DNA of 64,000 bases, from NCBI GenBank assembly GCA_964016885.1, contig OZ024744.1, positions 22,072,001-22,136,000 of the forward strand. The letters run 5' to 3'. Position 1 is the first letter of the stretch. Each line of letters starts with the position of its first letter. The translations under genes and the position numbers were made by a program. The stretch comes from Eledone cirrhosa (lineage: Eukaryota). A model generated the notes under the pieces. It worked only from the letters and a program-made list of their open reading frames with translations, was not told where the DNA came from and did no database searches. Below, one piece after another: positions 48,101 to 63,100 of this stretch.

Positions 48101-51100
48101 GTTGTCTTGGTGGTCAGTTAGGTTGACATAGATAACATAGGTGGGATGTTGTCGTGGTCAGTTAGGTTGACATATTTAACATAGAGTGTGATGTTGTCGT
48201 GGTGGTCAGTTAGGTTGACATATATAACATAGGTGGGATGTTGTCGTGGTGATCAGTTAGGTTGACATATATAACATAGAGTAAGATGTTGTCGTGGTGG
48301 TCAGTTACGTTGACATAGATAATATAGAGTGAGATGTTGTCGTGATGGTCAGTTAGGTTGACATAGATAACATAGGTGGGATGTTGTCGTGATCAGTTAG
48401 GTTGACATATATAACATAGAGTGAGATGGTGTCGTGGTGGTCAGTTAGGTTGACATAGTTAACATAGGTGAGATGTTGTCGTGGTGGTCAGTTAGGTTGA
48501 CATAGATAACATAGAGTAAGATGTTGTCGTGGTGGTCAGTTACGTTGACATAGATAATATAGAGTGAGATGTTGTCGTGATGGTCAGTTAGGTTGACATA
48601 GATAACATAGGTGGGATGTTGTCGTGGTCAGTTAGGTTGATATAGATAACATTGGTGGGATGTTGTCGTGGTCAGTTAGGTTGACATAGATAACATAGGT
48701 GGGATGTTGTCGTGGTGGTCAGTTAGGTTGACATAGATAACATAGGTGGGATGTTGTCGTGGTCAGTTAGGTTGACATATATAACATACAGTGAGATGTT
48801 GTCGTGGTGGTCAGTTAGGTTGACATAGATAACATAGGTGGGATGTTGTCGTGGTGGTCAGTTAGGTTGACATAGATAACATAGGTGGGATGTTGTCGTG
48901 GTTGTCAGTTAGGTTGACATAGATAACATAGAGATGTTGTCGTGGTGGTCAGTTAGGTTGACATAGAAAACATAGGTGGGATGTTGTCGTGGTGGTCAGT
49001 TAGGTTGACATAGATAACATAGGTGGGATGTTATCGTGGTGGTCAGTTAGGTTGAAATAGATAACATAGAGTGAGATGTTGTCGTGGTGGTCAGTTAGGT
49101 TGACATAGATAACATAGGTGGGATGTTGTCGTGGTGGTCAGTTAGGTTGACATAGATAACATAGGTGGGATGTAGTCGTGGTGGTCAGTTAGGTTGACAT
49201 AGATAACATAGAGTGAGATGTTGTCATGGTGGTCAGTTAGGTTGACATAGATAACATAGGTGGGATGTTGTCGTGGTGGTCAGTTAGGTTGACATAGATA
49301 ACATAGGTGGGATGTTGTCGTGGACAGTTAGGTTGACATAGATAACGTAGAGTGGGATGTTGTTGCGGTCAGTTAGGTTGACACAGATAACATAGGTGGG
49401 ATCTTGTTGTGGTGGTCAGTTAGGTTGACATAGATGACATAGAGTGAGATGTTGTCTTGGTGGTCAGTTAGGTTGACATAGATAACATAGGTGGGATGTT
49501 GTCGTGGTCAGTTAGGTTGACATAGATAACATAGAGTGAGATGTTGTCGTGATGGTCAGTTAGGTTGACATAGATAACATAGGTTGGATGTTGTCGGGGT
49601 GGTCAGTTAGGTTGACATAGATAACATAGGTGGGATGTTGTCGTGGTGGTCAGTTAGGTTGACATAGATAACATAGAGTGAGATGGTGTCTTCGTGGCCA
49701 GTTAGGTTGACATAGATAACATAGGTGGGATGTTGTCGTGGTGGTCAGTTAGGTTGACATAGATAACGTAGAGTGAGATGTTGTCGTGGTGGTCAGTTAG
49801 GTTGAGATAGATAATATAGAGTGAGATGTTGTCGTGGTGGTCAGTTAGGTTGACATAGATAACATAGGTGGGATGTTGTCGTGGTCAGTTAGGTTGACAT
49901 AGATAACATAGGTGGGATGTTGTCGTGGTCAGTTAGGGTGACATAGATAACATAGGTGTGATGTTGTCGTGGTGGTTAGTTAGGTTAACATAGATAACAT
50001 AGGTGGTATGTTGTCGTGGTCAGTTAGGTTGACATAGATAACATAGAGTGAGATGTTGTCGTGGTGGTCAGGTAGGTTGACATAGATAACATAGGTGGGA
50101 TGTTGTCGTGGTGGTCAGTTAGGTTGACATAGATAAAATAGAGTGAGATGGTGTCGTGGTGGTCAGTTAGGTTGACATAGTTAACATAGGTGAGATGTTG
50201 TCGTGGTGGTCAGTTAGGTTGACATAGATAACATAGAGTGAGATGTTGTCGTGGTGGTCAGTTAGGTTGACATAGATAACATAGGTGGGATGTTGTCGGG
50301 GTGGTCAGTTAGGTTGACATAGATAACATAGGTGGGATGTTGTCGTGGTGGTCAGTTAGGTTGACATAGATAACATAGGTGGGATGTTGTCGTGGTCAGT
50401 TAGGTTAACATATATAACATACAGTGAGATGTTGTCGTGGTGGTCAGTTAGGTTGACATAGATAACATAGGTGGGATGTTGTCGTGGTGGTCAGTTAGGT
50501 TGACATAGATAACATAGGTGGGATGTTGTCGTGGTTGTCAGTTAGGTTGACATAGATAACATAGAGATGTTGTCGTGGTGGTCAGTTAGGTTGACATAGA
50601 AAACATAGGTGGGATGTTGTCGTGGTGGTCAGTTAGGTTGACATAGATAACATAGCTGGGATGTTATCGTGGTGGTCAGTTAGGTTGACATAGATAACAT
50701 AGAGTGAGATATTGTCGTGGTGGTCAGTTAGGTTGACATAGATAACATAGGTGGCATGTTGTCGTGGTGGTCAGTTAGGTTTACATAGATAACATAGAGT
50801 GAGATGTTGTCGTGGTGGTCAGTTAGGTTGACATAGATAACATAGGTGGGATGTTGTCGTGGTGGTCAGTTAGGTTGACATAGATAACATAGGTGGGATG
50901 TAGTCGTGGTGGTCAGTTAGGTTGACATAGATAACATAGAGTGAGATGTTGTCATGGTGGTCAGTTAGGTTGACATAGATAACATAGGTGGGATGTTGTC
51001 GTGGTGGTCAGATAGGTTGACATAGATAACATAGGTGGGATGTTGTCGTGGTCAGTTAGGCTGACATAGATAACGTAGAGTGGGATGTTGTTGCGGTCAG

Positions 51101-54100
51101 TTAGGTTGACACAGATAACATAGGTGGGATCTTGTTGTGGTGGTCAGTTAGGTTGACATAGATAACATAGAGTGAGATGTTGTCTTGGTGGTCAGTTAGG
51201 TTGACATAGATAACATAGGTGGGATGTTGTCGTGGTCAGTTAGGTTGACATAGATAACATAGAGTGAGATGTTGTCGTGATGGTCAGTTAGGTTGACATA
51301 GATAACATAGGTGGGATGTTGTCGGGGTGGTCAGTTAGGTTGACATAGATAACATAGGTGGGATGTTGTCGTGGTGGTCAGTTAGGTTGACATAGATAAC
51401 ATAGAGTGAGATGGTGTCTTCGTGGTCAGTTAGGTTGACATAGATAACATAGGTGGGATGTTGTCGTGATGGTCAGTTAGGTTGACATAGATAACATAGG
51501 TGGGATGTTGTCGTGGTCAGTTAGGCTGACATAGATAACATAGGTGGGATGTTGTCGTGGTCAGTTAGGTTGACATAGATAACATAGGTGGGATGTTGTC
51601 GTGGTGGTCAGTTAGGTTGACATAGATAACATAGGTGGGATGTTGTCGCGGTCAGTTAGGTTGACATATATAACATAGAGTGAGATGTTGTCGTGGTTGT
51701 CAGTTAGGTTGACATAGTTAACATAGAGTGAGATGTTGTCGTGGTGGTCAGTTAGGTTGACATAGAAAACATAGGTGGGATGTTGTCGTGGTGGTCAGTT
51801 AGGTTGACATAGATAACATAGGTGGGATGTTGTCCTGGTGGTCAGTTAGGTTGACATAGATAACATAGAGTGGGATGTTGTCGTGGTGGTCAGTTAGGTT
51901 GACATAGATAACATAGGTGGGATGTTGTCGTGGTGGTCAGTTAGGTTGACATAGATAACATAGGGTGAGATGTTGTCTTGGTGGTCAGTTAGGTTGACAT
52001 AGATAACATAGGTGGGATGTTGTCGTGGTCAGTTAGTTTGACATAGATACCATAGAGTGAGATGTTGTCGTGGTGGTCAGTTAGGTTGACATAGATAACA
52101 TAGGTGGGATGTTGTCGGGGTGGTCAGTTAGGTTGACATAGATAACATAGGTAGGATGTTGTCGTGGTGGTCAGTTAGGTTGACATAGATAACATAGGTG
52201 GGATGCTGTCGGGGTCGCCAGTTAGGTTGACATAGATAACATAGGTGGGATGTTGTCGTGGTCAGTTAGGTTGACATAGATAACATAGAGTGAAATGTTG
52301 TCGTGGTGGTCAGTTAGCTTGACATAGATAACATAGGTGGGATGTTGTCGGGGTGGTCAGTTAGGTTGACATAGATAACATAGGTGGGATGTTGTCGTGG
52401 TGGTCAGTTAGGTTGACATAGATAACATAGAGTGAGATGGTGTCTTCGTGGTCAGGTAGGTTGACATAGATAACATAGGTGGGATGTTGTCGTGGTGGTC
52501 AGTTAGGTTGACATAGATAACGTAGAGTGAGATGTTGTGCTGGTGGTCAGTTAGGTTGACATAGATAACATAGGTGGGATGTTGTCGTGGTCAGTTAGGT
52601 TGACATAGATAACATAGGTGGGATGTTGTCGTGGTCAGTTAGGGTGACATAGATAACATAGGTGGGATGTTGTCGTGGTGGTCAGTTAGGTTGACATAGA
52701 TAACATAGTTGGTATGTTGTCGTGGTCAGTTAGGTTCACATATTTAACATAGAGTGAGATGTTGTCGTGGTGGTCAGTTAGGTTGACATAGATAACATAG
52801 GTGGGATGTTGTCGTGGTGGTCAGTTAGGTTGACATAGATAACATAGAGTGAGATGGTGTCGTGGTGGTCAGTTAGGTTGACATAGTTAACATAGGTGAG
52901 ATGTTGTCGTGGTGGTCAGTTAGGTTGACATAGATAACATAGAGTAAGATTTTGTCGTGGTGGTCAGTTAGGTTGACATAGATAACATATGTGGGATGTT
53001 GTCGTGGTCAGTTAGGTTGATATAGATAACATTGGTGGGATGTTGTCGTGGTCAGTTAGGTTGACATAGATAACATAAGTGGGATGTTGTCGTGGTGGTC
53101 AGTTAGGTTGACATAGAAAACATAGGTGGGATGTTGTCGTGGTGGTCAGTTAGGTTGACATAGATAACATAGGTGGGATGTTATCGTGGTGGTCAGTTAG
53201 GTTGACATAGATAACATAGAGTGAGATATTGTCGTGGTGGTCAGTTAGGTTGACATAGATAACATAGGTGGCATGTTGTCGTGGTGGTCAGTTAGGTTTA
53301 CATAGATAACATAGAGTGAGATGTTGTCGTGGTGGTCAGTTAGGTTGACATAGATAACATAGGTGGGATGTTGTCGTGGTGGTCAGTTAGGTTGACATAG
53401 ATAACATAGGTGGGATGTAGTCGTGGTGGTCAGTTAGGTTGACATAGATAACATAGAGTGAGATGTTGTCATGGTGGTCAGTTAGGTTGACATAGATAAC
53501 ATAGGTGGGATGTTGTCGTGGTGGTCAGTTAGGTTGACATAGATAACATAGGTTGGATGTTGTCGTGGACAGTTAGGTTGACATAGATAACGTAGAGTGG
53601 GATGTTGTTGCGGTCAGTTAGGTTGACACAGATAACATAGGTGGGATCTTCTTGTGGTGGTCAGTTAGGTTGACATAGATAACATAGAGTGAGATGTTGT
53701 CTTGGTGGTCAGTTAGGTTGACATAGATAACATAGGTGGGATGTTGTCGTGGTCAGTTAGGTTGACATAGATAACATAGAGTGAGATGTTGTCGTGATGG
53801 TCAGTTAGGTTGACATAGATAACATAGGTGGGATGTTGTCGGGGTGGTCAGTTAGGTTGACATAGATAACATAGGTGGGATGTTGTCGTGGTGGTCAGTT
53901 AGGTTGACATAGATAACATAGAGTGAGATGGTGTCTTCGTGGTCAGTTAGGTTGACATAGATAACATAGGTGGGATGTTGTCGTGGTGGTCAGTTAGGTT
54001 GACATAGATAACGTAGAGTGAGATGTTGTCGTGGTGGTCAGTTAGGTTGAGATAGATAATATAGAGTGAGATGTTGTCGTGGTGGTCAGTTAGGTTGACA

Positions 54101-57100
54101 TAGATAACATAGGTGGGATGTTGTCGTGGTCAGTTAGGTTGACATAGATAACATAGGTGGGATGTTGTCGTGGTCAGTTAGGGTGACATAGATAACATAG
54201 GTGTGATGTTGTCGTGGTGGTTAGTTAGGTTGACATAGATAACATAGGTGGTATGTTGTCGTGGTCAGTTAGGTTGACATAGATAACATAGAGTGAGATG
54301 TTGTCGTGGTGGTCAGGTAGGTTGACATAGATAACATAGGTGGGATGTTGTCGTGGTGGTCAGTTAGGTTGACATAGATAAAATAGAGTGAGATGGTGTC
54401 GTGGTGGTCAGTTAGGTTGACATAGTTAACATAGGTGAGATGTTGTCGTGGTGGTCAGTTAGGTTGACATAGATAACATAGAATGAGATGTTGTCGTGGT
54501 GGTCAGTTAGGTTGACATAGATAATATAGAGTGAGATGTTGTCGTGATGGTCAGTTAGGTTGACATAGATAACATAGGTGGGATGTTGTCGTGGTCAGTT
54601 AGGCTGACATAGATAACATAGGTGGGATGTTGTCGTGGTCAGTTAGGTTGACATAGATAACATAGGTGGGATGTTGTCGTGGTGGTCAGTTAGGTTGACA
54701 TAGATAACATAGGTGGGATGTTGTCGGGGTCAGTTAGGTTGACATATATAACATATAGTGAGATGTTGTCGTGGTTGTCAGTTAGGTTGACATAGTTAAC
54801 ATAGAGTGAGATGTCGTCGTGGTGGTCAGTTAGGTTGACATAGAAAACATAGGTGGGATGTTGTCGTGGTTGTCAGTTAGGTTGACATAGATAACATAGG
54901 TGGGATGTTGTCCTGGTGGTCAGTTAGGTTGACATAGAAAACATAGAGTGGGATGTTGTCGTGGTGGTCAGTTAGGTTGACATAGATAACATAGGTGGGA
55001 TGTTGTCGTGGTGGTCAGTTAGTTTGACATAGATAACATAGGGTGAGATGTTGTCTTGGTGGTCAGTTAGGTTGACATAGATAACATAGGTGGGATGTTG
55101 TCGTGGTCAGTTAGTTTGACATAGATAACATAGAGTGAGATGTTGTCGTGGTGGTCAGTTAGGTTGACATAGATAACATAGGTGGGATGTTGTCGGGGTG
55201 GTCAGTTAGGTTGACATAGATAACATAGGTGGGATGTTGTCGTGGTGGTCAGTTATGTTGACATAGATAACATAGGTGGGATGCTGTCGGGGTGGTCAGT
55301 TAGGTTGACATAGATAACATAGGTGGGATGTTGTCGTGGTCAGTTAGGTTGACATAGATAACATAGAGTGAAATGTTGTCGTGGTGGTCAGTTAGCTTGA
55401 CATAGATAACATAGGTGGGATGTTGTCGGGGTGGTCAGTTAGGTTGACATAGATAACATAGGTGGGATGTTGTCGTGGTGGTCAGTTAGGTTGACATAGA
55501 TAACATAGAGTGAGATGGTGTCTTCGTGGTCAGTTAGGTTGACATAGATAACATAGGTGGAATGTTGTCGTGGTGGTCAGTTAGGTTGACATAGATAACG
55601 TAGAGTGAGATGTTGTGGTGGTGATCAGTTAGGTTGACATAGATAACATAGGTGGGATGTTGTCGTGGTCAATTAGGTTGACATAGATAACATAGGTGGG
55701 ATGTTGTCGTGGTCAGTTAGGGTGACATAGATAACATAGGTGGGATGTTGTCGTGGTGGTCAGTTAGGTTGACATAGATAACATAGTTGGTATGTTGTCG
55801 TGGTCAGTTAGGTTCACATATTTAACATAGAGTGAGATGTTGTCGTGGTGGTCAGTTAGGTTGACATAGATAACATAGGTGGGATGTTGTCGTGGTGGTC
55901 AGTTAGGTTGACATAGATAACATAGAGTGAGATGGTGTCGTGGTGGTCAGTTAGGTTGACATAGTTAACATAGGTGAGATGTTGTCGTGGTGGTCAGTTA
56001 GGTTGACATAGATAACATAGAGTGAGATGTTGTCGTGGTGGTCAGTTACGTTGACATAGATAATATAGAGTGAGATGTTGTCGTGATGGTCAGTTAGGTT
56101 GACATAGATAACATAGGTGGGATGTTGTCGTGGTCAGTTAGGTTGATATAGATAACATTGGTGGGATGTTGTCGTGGTCAGTTAGGTTGACATAGATAAC
56201 ATAAGTGGGATGTTGTCGTGGTGGTCAGTTAGGTTGACATAGATAACATAGGTGGGATGTTGTCGTGGTCAGTTAGGTTGACATATATAACATAGAGTGA
56301 GATGTTGTCGTGGTTGTCAGTTAGGTTGACATAGATAACATAGAGATGTTGTCGTGGTGGTCAGTTAGGTTGACATAGAAAACATAGGTGGGATGTTGTC
56401 GTGGTGGTCAGTTAGGTTGACATAGATAACATAGGAGGGATGTTATCGTGGTGGTCAGTTAGGTTGACATAGATAACATAGAGTGAGATATTGTCGTGGT
56501 GGTCAGTTAGGTTGACATAGATAACATAGGTGGCATGTTGTCGTGGTGGTCAGTTAGGTTTACATAGATAACATAGAGTGAGATGTTGTCGTGGTGGTCA
56601 GTTAGGTTGACATAGATAACATAGGTGGGATGTTGTCGTGGTGGTCAGTTAGGTTGACATAGATAACATAGGTGGGATGTAGTCGTGGTGGTCAGTTAGG
56701 TTGACATAGATAACATAGAGTGAGATGTTGTCATGGTGGTCAGTTAGGTTGACATAGATAACATAGGTGGGATGTTGTCGTGGTGGTCAGTTAGGTTGAC
56801 ATAGATAACATAGAGTGAGATGTTGTCGTGGTGGTCAGCTAGGTTGACATAGATAACATAGGTGGGATGTTGTCGTGGTGGTCAGTTAGGTTGACATAGA
56901 TAACATAGGTAGGATGTTGTCGTGGTCAGTTAGGTTGATATAGATAACATTGGTGGGATGTTGTCGTGGTCAGTTAGGTTGACATAGCTAACATAGGTGG
57001 TATGTTGTCGTGGTGGTCAGTTAGGTTGACATAGATAACATAAGTGGGATGTTGTCGTGGTGGTCAGTTAGGTTGACATAGATAACATAGGTGGGATGTT

Positions 57101-60100
57101 GTCGTGGTCAGTTAGGTTGACATAGCTAACATAGGTGGTATGTTGTCGTGGTGGTCAGTTAGGTTGACATAGATAACATAGGTGGTATGTTGTCGTGGTC
57201 AGTTAGTTTGACATAGATAACATAGAGTGAGATGTTGTCGTGGTGGTCAGGTAGGTTGACATAGATAACATAGGTGGGATGTTGTCGTGGTGGTCAGTTA
57301 GGTTGACATAGATAAAATAGAGTGAGATGGTGTCGTGGTGGTCAGTTAGGTTGACATAGTTAACATAGGTGAGATGTTGTCGTGGTGGTCAGTTAGGTTG
57401 ACATAGATAACATAGAATGAGATGTTGTCGTGGTGGTCAGTTAGGTTGACATAGATAATATAGAGTGAGATGTTGTCGTGATGGTCAGTTAGGTTGACAT
57501 AGATAACATAGGTGGGATGTTGTCGTGGTCAGTTAGGCTGACATAGATAACATAGGTGGGATGTTGTCGTGGTCAGTTAGGTTGACATAGATAACATAGG
57601 TGGGATGTTGTCGTGGTGGTCAGTTAGGTTGACATAGATAACATAGGTGGGATGTTGTCGGGGTCAGTTAGGTTGACATATATAACATATAGTGAGATGT
57701 TGTCGTGGTTGTCAGTTAGGTTGACATAGTTAACATAGAGTGAGATGTCGTCGTGGTGGTCAGTTAGGTTGACATAGAAAACATAGGTGGGATGTTGTCG
57801 TGGTTGTCAGTTAGGTTGACATAGATAACATAGGTGGGATGTTGTCCTGGTGGTCAGTTAGGTTGACATAGAAAACATAGAGTGGGATGTTGTCGTGGTG
57901 GTCAGTTAGGTTGACATAGATAACATAGGTGGGATGTTGTCGTGGTGGTCAGTTAGTTTGACATAGATAACATAGGGTGAGATGTTGTCTTGGTGGTCAG
58001 TTAGGTTGACATAGATAACATAGGTGGGATGTTGTCGTGGTCAGTTAGTTTGACATAGATAACATAGAGTGAGATGTTGTCGTGGTGGTCAGTTAGGTTG
58101 ACATAGATAACATAGGTGGGATGTTGTCGGGGTGGTCAGTTAGGTTGACATAGATAACATAGGTGGGATGTTGTCGTGGTGGTCAGTTATGTTGACATAG
58201 ATAACATAGGTGGGATGCTGTCGGGGTGGTCAGTTAGGTTGACATAGATAACATAGGTGGGATGTTGTCGTGGTCAGTTAGGTTGACATAGATAACATAG
58301 AGTGAAATGTTGTCGTGGTGGTCAGTTAGCTTGACATAGATAACATAGGTGGGATGTTGTCGGGGTGGTCAGTTAGGTTGACATAGATAACATAGGTGGG
58401 ATGTTGTCGTGGTGGTCAGTTAGGTTGACATAGATAACATAGAGTGAGATGGTGTCTTCGTGGTCAGTTAGGTTGACATAGATAACATAGGTGGAATGTT
58501 GTCGTGGTGGTCAGTTAGGTTGACATAGATAACGTAGAGTGAGATGTTGTGGTGGTGATCAGTTAGGTTGACATAGATAACATAGGTGGGATGTTGTCGT
58601 GGTCAATTAGGTTGACATAGATAACATAGGTGGGATGTTGTCGTGGTCAGTTAGGGTGACATAGATAACATAGGTGGGATGTTGTCGTGGTGGTCAGTTA
58701 GGTTGACATAGATAACATAGTTGGTATGTTGTCGTGGTCAGTTAGGTTCACATATTTAACATAGAGTGAGATGTTGTCGTGGTGGTCAGTTAGGTTGACA
58801 TAGATAACATAGGTGGGATGTTGTCGTGGTGGTCAGTTAGGTTGACATAGATAACATAGAGTGAGATGGTGTCGTGGTGGTCAGTTAGGTTGACATAGTT
58901 AACATAGGTGAGATGTTGTCGTGGTGGTCAGTTAGGTTGACATAGATAACATAGAGTGAGATGTTGTCGTGGTGGTCAGTTACGTTGACATAGATAATAT
59001 AGAGTGAGATGTTGTCGTGATGGTCAGTTAGGTTGACATAGATAACATAGGTGGGATGTTGTCGTGGTCAGTTAGGTTGATATAGATAACATTGGTGGGA
59101 TGTTGTCGTGGTCAGTTAGGTTGACATAGATAACATAAGTGGGATGTTGTCGTGGTGGTCAGTTAGGTTGACATAGATAACATAGGTGGGATGTTGTCGT
59201 GGTCAGTTAGGTTGACATATATAACATAGAGTGAGATGTTGTCGTGGTTGTCAGTTAGGTTGACATAGATAACATAGAGATGTTGTCGTGGTGGTCAGTT
59301 AGGTTGACATAGAAAACATAGGTGGGATGTTGTCGTGGTGGTCAGTTAGGTTGACATAGATAACATAGGAGGGATGTTATCGTGGTGGTCAGTTAGGTTG
59401 ACATAGATAACATAGAGTGAGATATTGTCGTGGTGGTCAGTTAGGTTGACATAGATAACATAGGTGGCATGTTGTCGTGGTGGTCAGTTAGGTTTACATA
59501 GATAACATAGAGTGAGATGTTGTCGTGGTGGTCAGTTAGGTTGACATAGATAACATAGGTGGGATGTTGTCGTGGTGGTCAGTTAGGTTGACATAGATAA
59601 CATAGGTGGGATGTAGTCGTGGTGGTCAGTTAGGTTGACATAGATAACATAGAGTGAGATGTTGTCATGGTGGTCAGTTAGGTTGACATAGATAACATAG
59701 GTGGGATGTTGTCGTGGTGGTCAGTTAGGTTGACATAGATAACATAGAGTGAGATGTTGTCGTGGTGGTCAGCTAGGTTGACATAGATAACATAGGTGGG
59801 ATGTTGTCGTGGTGGTCAGTTAGGTTGACATAGATAACATAGGTAGGATGTTGTCGTGGTCAGTTAGGTTGATATAGATAACATTGGTGGGATGTTGTCG
59901 TGGTCAGTTAGGTTGACATAGCTAACATAGGTGGTATGTTGTCGTGGTGGTCAGTTAGGTTGACATAGATAACATAAGTGGGATGTTGTCGTGGTGGTCA
60001 GTTAGGTTGACATAGATAACATAGGTGGGATGTTGTCGTGGTCAGTTAGGTTGACATAGCTAACATAGGTGGTATGTTGTCGTGGTGGTCAGTTAGGTTG

Positions 60101-63100
60101 ACATAGATAACATAGGTGGGATGTTGTCGTGGTGGTCAGTTAGGTTGACATAGATAACATAGGTGGGATGTAGTCGTGGTGGTCAGTTAGGTTGACATAG
60201 ATAACATAGAGTGAGATGTTGTCATGGTGGTCAGTTAGGTTGACATAGATAACATAGGTGGGATGTTGTCGTGGTGGTCAGTTAGGTTGACATAGATAAC
60301 ATAGAGTGAGATGTTGTCGTGGTGGTCAGCTAGGTTGACATAGATAACATAGGTGGGATGTTGTCGTGGTGGTCAGTTAGGTTGACATAGATAACATAGG
60401 TAGGATGTTGTCGTGGTCAGTTAGGTTGATATAGATAACATTGGTGGGATGTTGTCGTGGTCAGTTAGGTTGACATAGCTAACATAGGTGGTATGTTGTC
60501 GTGGTGGTCAGTTAGGTTGACATAGATAACATAAGTGGGATGTTGTCGTGGTGGTCAGTTAGGTTGACATAGATAACATAGGTGGGATGTTGTCGTGGTC
60601 AGTTAGGTTGACATAGCTAACATAGGTGGTATGTTGTCGTGGTGGTCAGTTAGGTTGACATAGATAACATAGGTGGTATGTTGTCGTGGTCAGTTAGTTT
60701 GACATAGATAACATAGAGTGAGATGTTGTCGTGGTGGTCAGGTAGGTTGACATAGATAACATAGGTGGGATGTTGTCGTGGTGGTCAGTTAGGTTGACAT
60801 AGATAAAATAGAGTGAGATGGTGTCGTGGTGGTCAGTTAGGTTGACATAGTTAACATAGGTGAGATGTTGTCGTGGTGGTCAGTTAGGTTGACATAGATA
60901 ACATAGAATGAGATGTTGTCGTGGTGGTCAGTTAGGTTGACATAGATAATATAGAGTGAGATGTTGTCGTGATGGTCAGTTAGGTTGACATAGATAACAT
61001 AGGTGGGATGTTGTCGTGGTCAGTTAGGCTGACATAGATAACATAGGTGGGATGTTGTCGTGGTCAGTTAGGTTGACATAGATAACATAGGTGGGATGTT
61101 GTCGTGGTGGTCAGTTAGGTTGACATAGATAACATAGGTGGGATGTTGTCGGGGTCAGTTAGGTTGACATATATAACATATAGTGAGATGTTGTCGTGGT
61201 TGTCAGTTAGGTTGACATAGTTAACATAGAGTGAGATGTCGTCGTGGTGGTCAGTTAGGTTGACATAGAAAACATAGGTGGGATGTTGTCGTGGTTGTCA
61301 GTTAGGTTGACATAGATAACATAGGTGGGATGTTGTCCTGGTGGTCAGTTAGGTTGACATAGAAAACATAGAGTGGGATGTTGTCGTGGTGGTCAGTTAG
61401 GTTGACATAGATAACATAGGTGGGATGTTGTCGTGGTGGTCAGTTAGTTTGACATAGATAACATAGGGTGAGATGTTGTCTTGGTGGTCAGTTAGGTTGA
61501 CATAGATAACATAGGTGGGATGTTGTCGTGGTCAGTTAGTTTGACATAGATAACATAGAGTGAGATGTTGTCGTGGTGGTCAGTTAGGTTGACATAGATA
61601 ACATAGGTGGGATGTTGTCGGGGTGGTCAGTTAGGTTGACATAGATAACATAGGTGGGATGTTGTCGTGGTGGTCAGTTATGTTGACATAGATAACATAG
61701 GTGGGATGCTGTCGGGGTGGTCAGTTAGGTTGACATAGATAACATAGGTGGGATGTTGTCGTGGTCAGTTAGGTTGACATAGATAACATAGAGTGAAATG
61801 TTGTCGTGGTGGTCAGTTAGCTTGACATAGATAACATAGGTGGGATGTTGTCGGGGTGGTCAGTTAGGTTGACATAGATAACATAGGTGGGATGTTGTCG
61901 TGGTGGTCAGTTAGGTTGACATAGATAACATAGAGTGAGATGGTGTCTTCGTGGTCAGTTAGGTTGACATAGATAACATAGGTGGAATGTTGTCGTGGTG
62001 GTCAGTTAGGTTGACATAGATAACGTAGAGTGAGATGTTGTGGTGGTGATCAGTTAGGTTGACATAGATAACATAGGTGGGATGTTGTCGTGGTCAATTA
62101 GGTTGACATAGATAACATAGGTGGGATGTTGTCGTGGTCAGTTAGGGTGACATAGATAACATAGGTGGGATGTTGTCGTGGTGGTCAGTTAGGTTGACAT
62201 AGATAACATAGTTGGTATGTTGTCGTGGTCAGTTAGGTTCACATATTTAACATAGAGTGAGATGTTGTCGTGGTGGTCAGTTAGGTTGACATAGATAACA
62301 TAGGTGGGATGTTGTCGTGGTGGTCAGTTAGGTTGACATAGATAACATAGAGTGAGATGGTGTCGTGGTGGTCAGTTAGGTTGACATAGTTAACATAGGT
62401 GAGATGTTGTCGTGGTGGTCAGTTAGGTTGACATAGATAACATAGAGTGAGATGTTGTCGTGGTGGTCAGTTACGTTGACATAGATAATATAGAGTGAGA
62501 TGTTGTCGTGATGGTCAGTTAGGTTGACATAGATAACATAGGTGGGATGTTGTCGTGGTCAGTTAGGTTGATATAGATAACATTGGTGGGATGTTGTCGT
62601 GGTCAGTTAGGTTGACATAGATAACATAAGTGGGATGTTGTCGTGGTGGTCAGTTAGGTTGACATAGATAACATAGGTGGGATGTTGTCGTGGTCAGTTA
62701 GGTTGACATATATAACATAGAGTGAGATGTTGTCGTGGTTGTCAGTTAGGTTGACATAGATAACATAGAGATGTTGTCGTGGTGGTCAGTTAGGTTGACA
62801 TAGAAAACATAGGTGGGATGTTGTCGTGGTGGTCAGTTAGGTTGACATAGATAACATAGGAGGGATGTTATCGTGGTGGTCAGTTAGGTTGACATAGATA
62901 ACATAGAGTGAGATATTGTCGTGGTGGTCAGTTAGGTTGACATAGATAACATAGGTGGCATGTTGTCGTGGTGGTCAGTTAGGTTTACATAGATAACATA
63001 GAGTGAGATGTTGTCGTGGTGGTCAGTTAGGTTGACATAGATAACATAGGTGGGATGTTGTCGTGGTGGTCAGTTAGGTTGACATAGATAACATAGGTGG

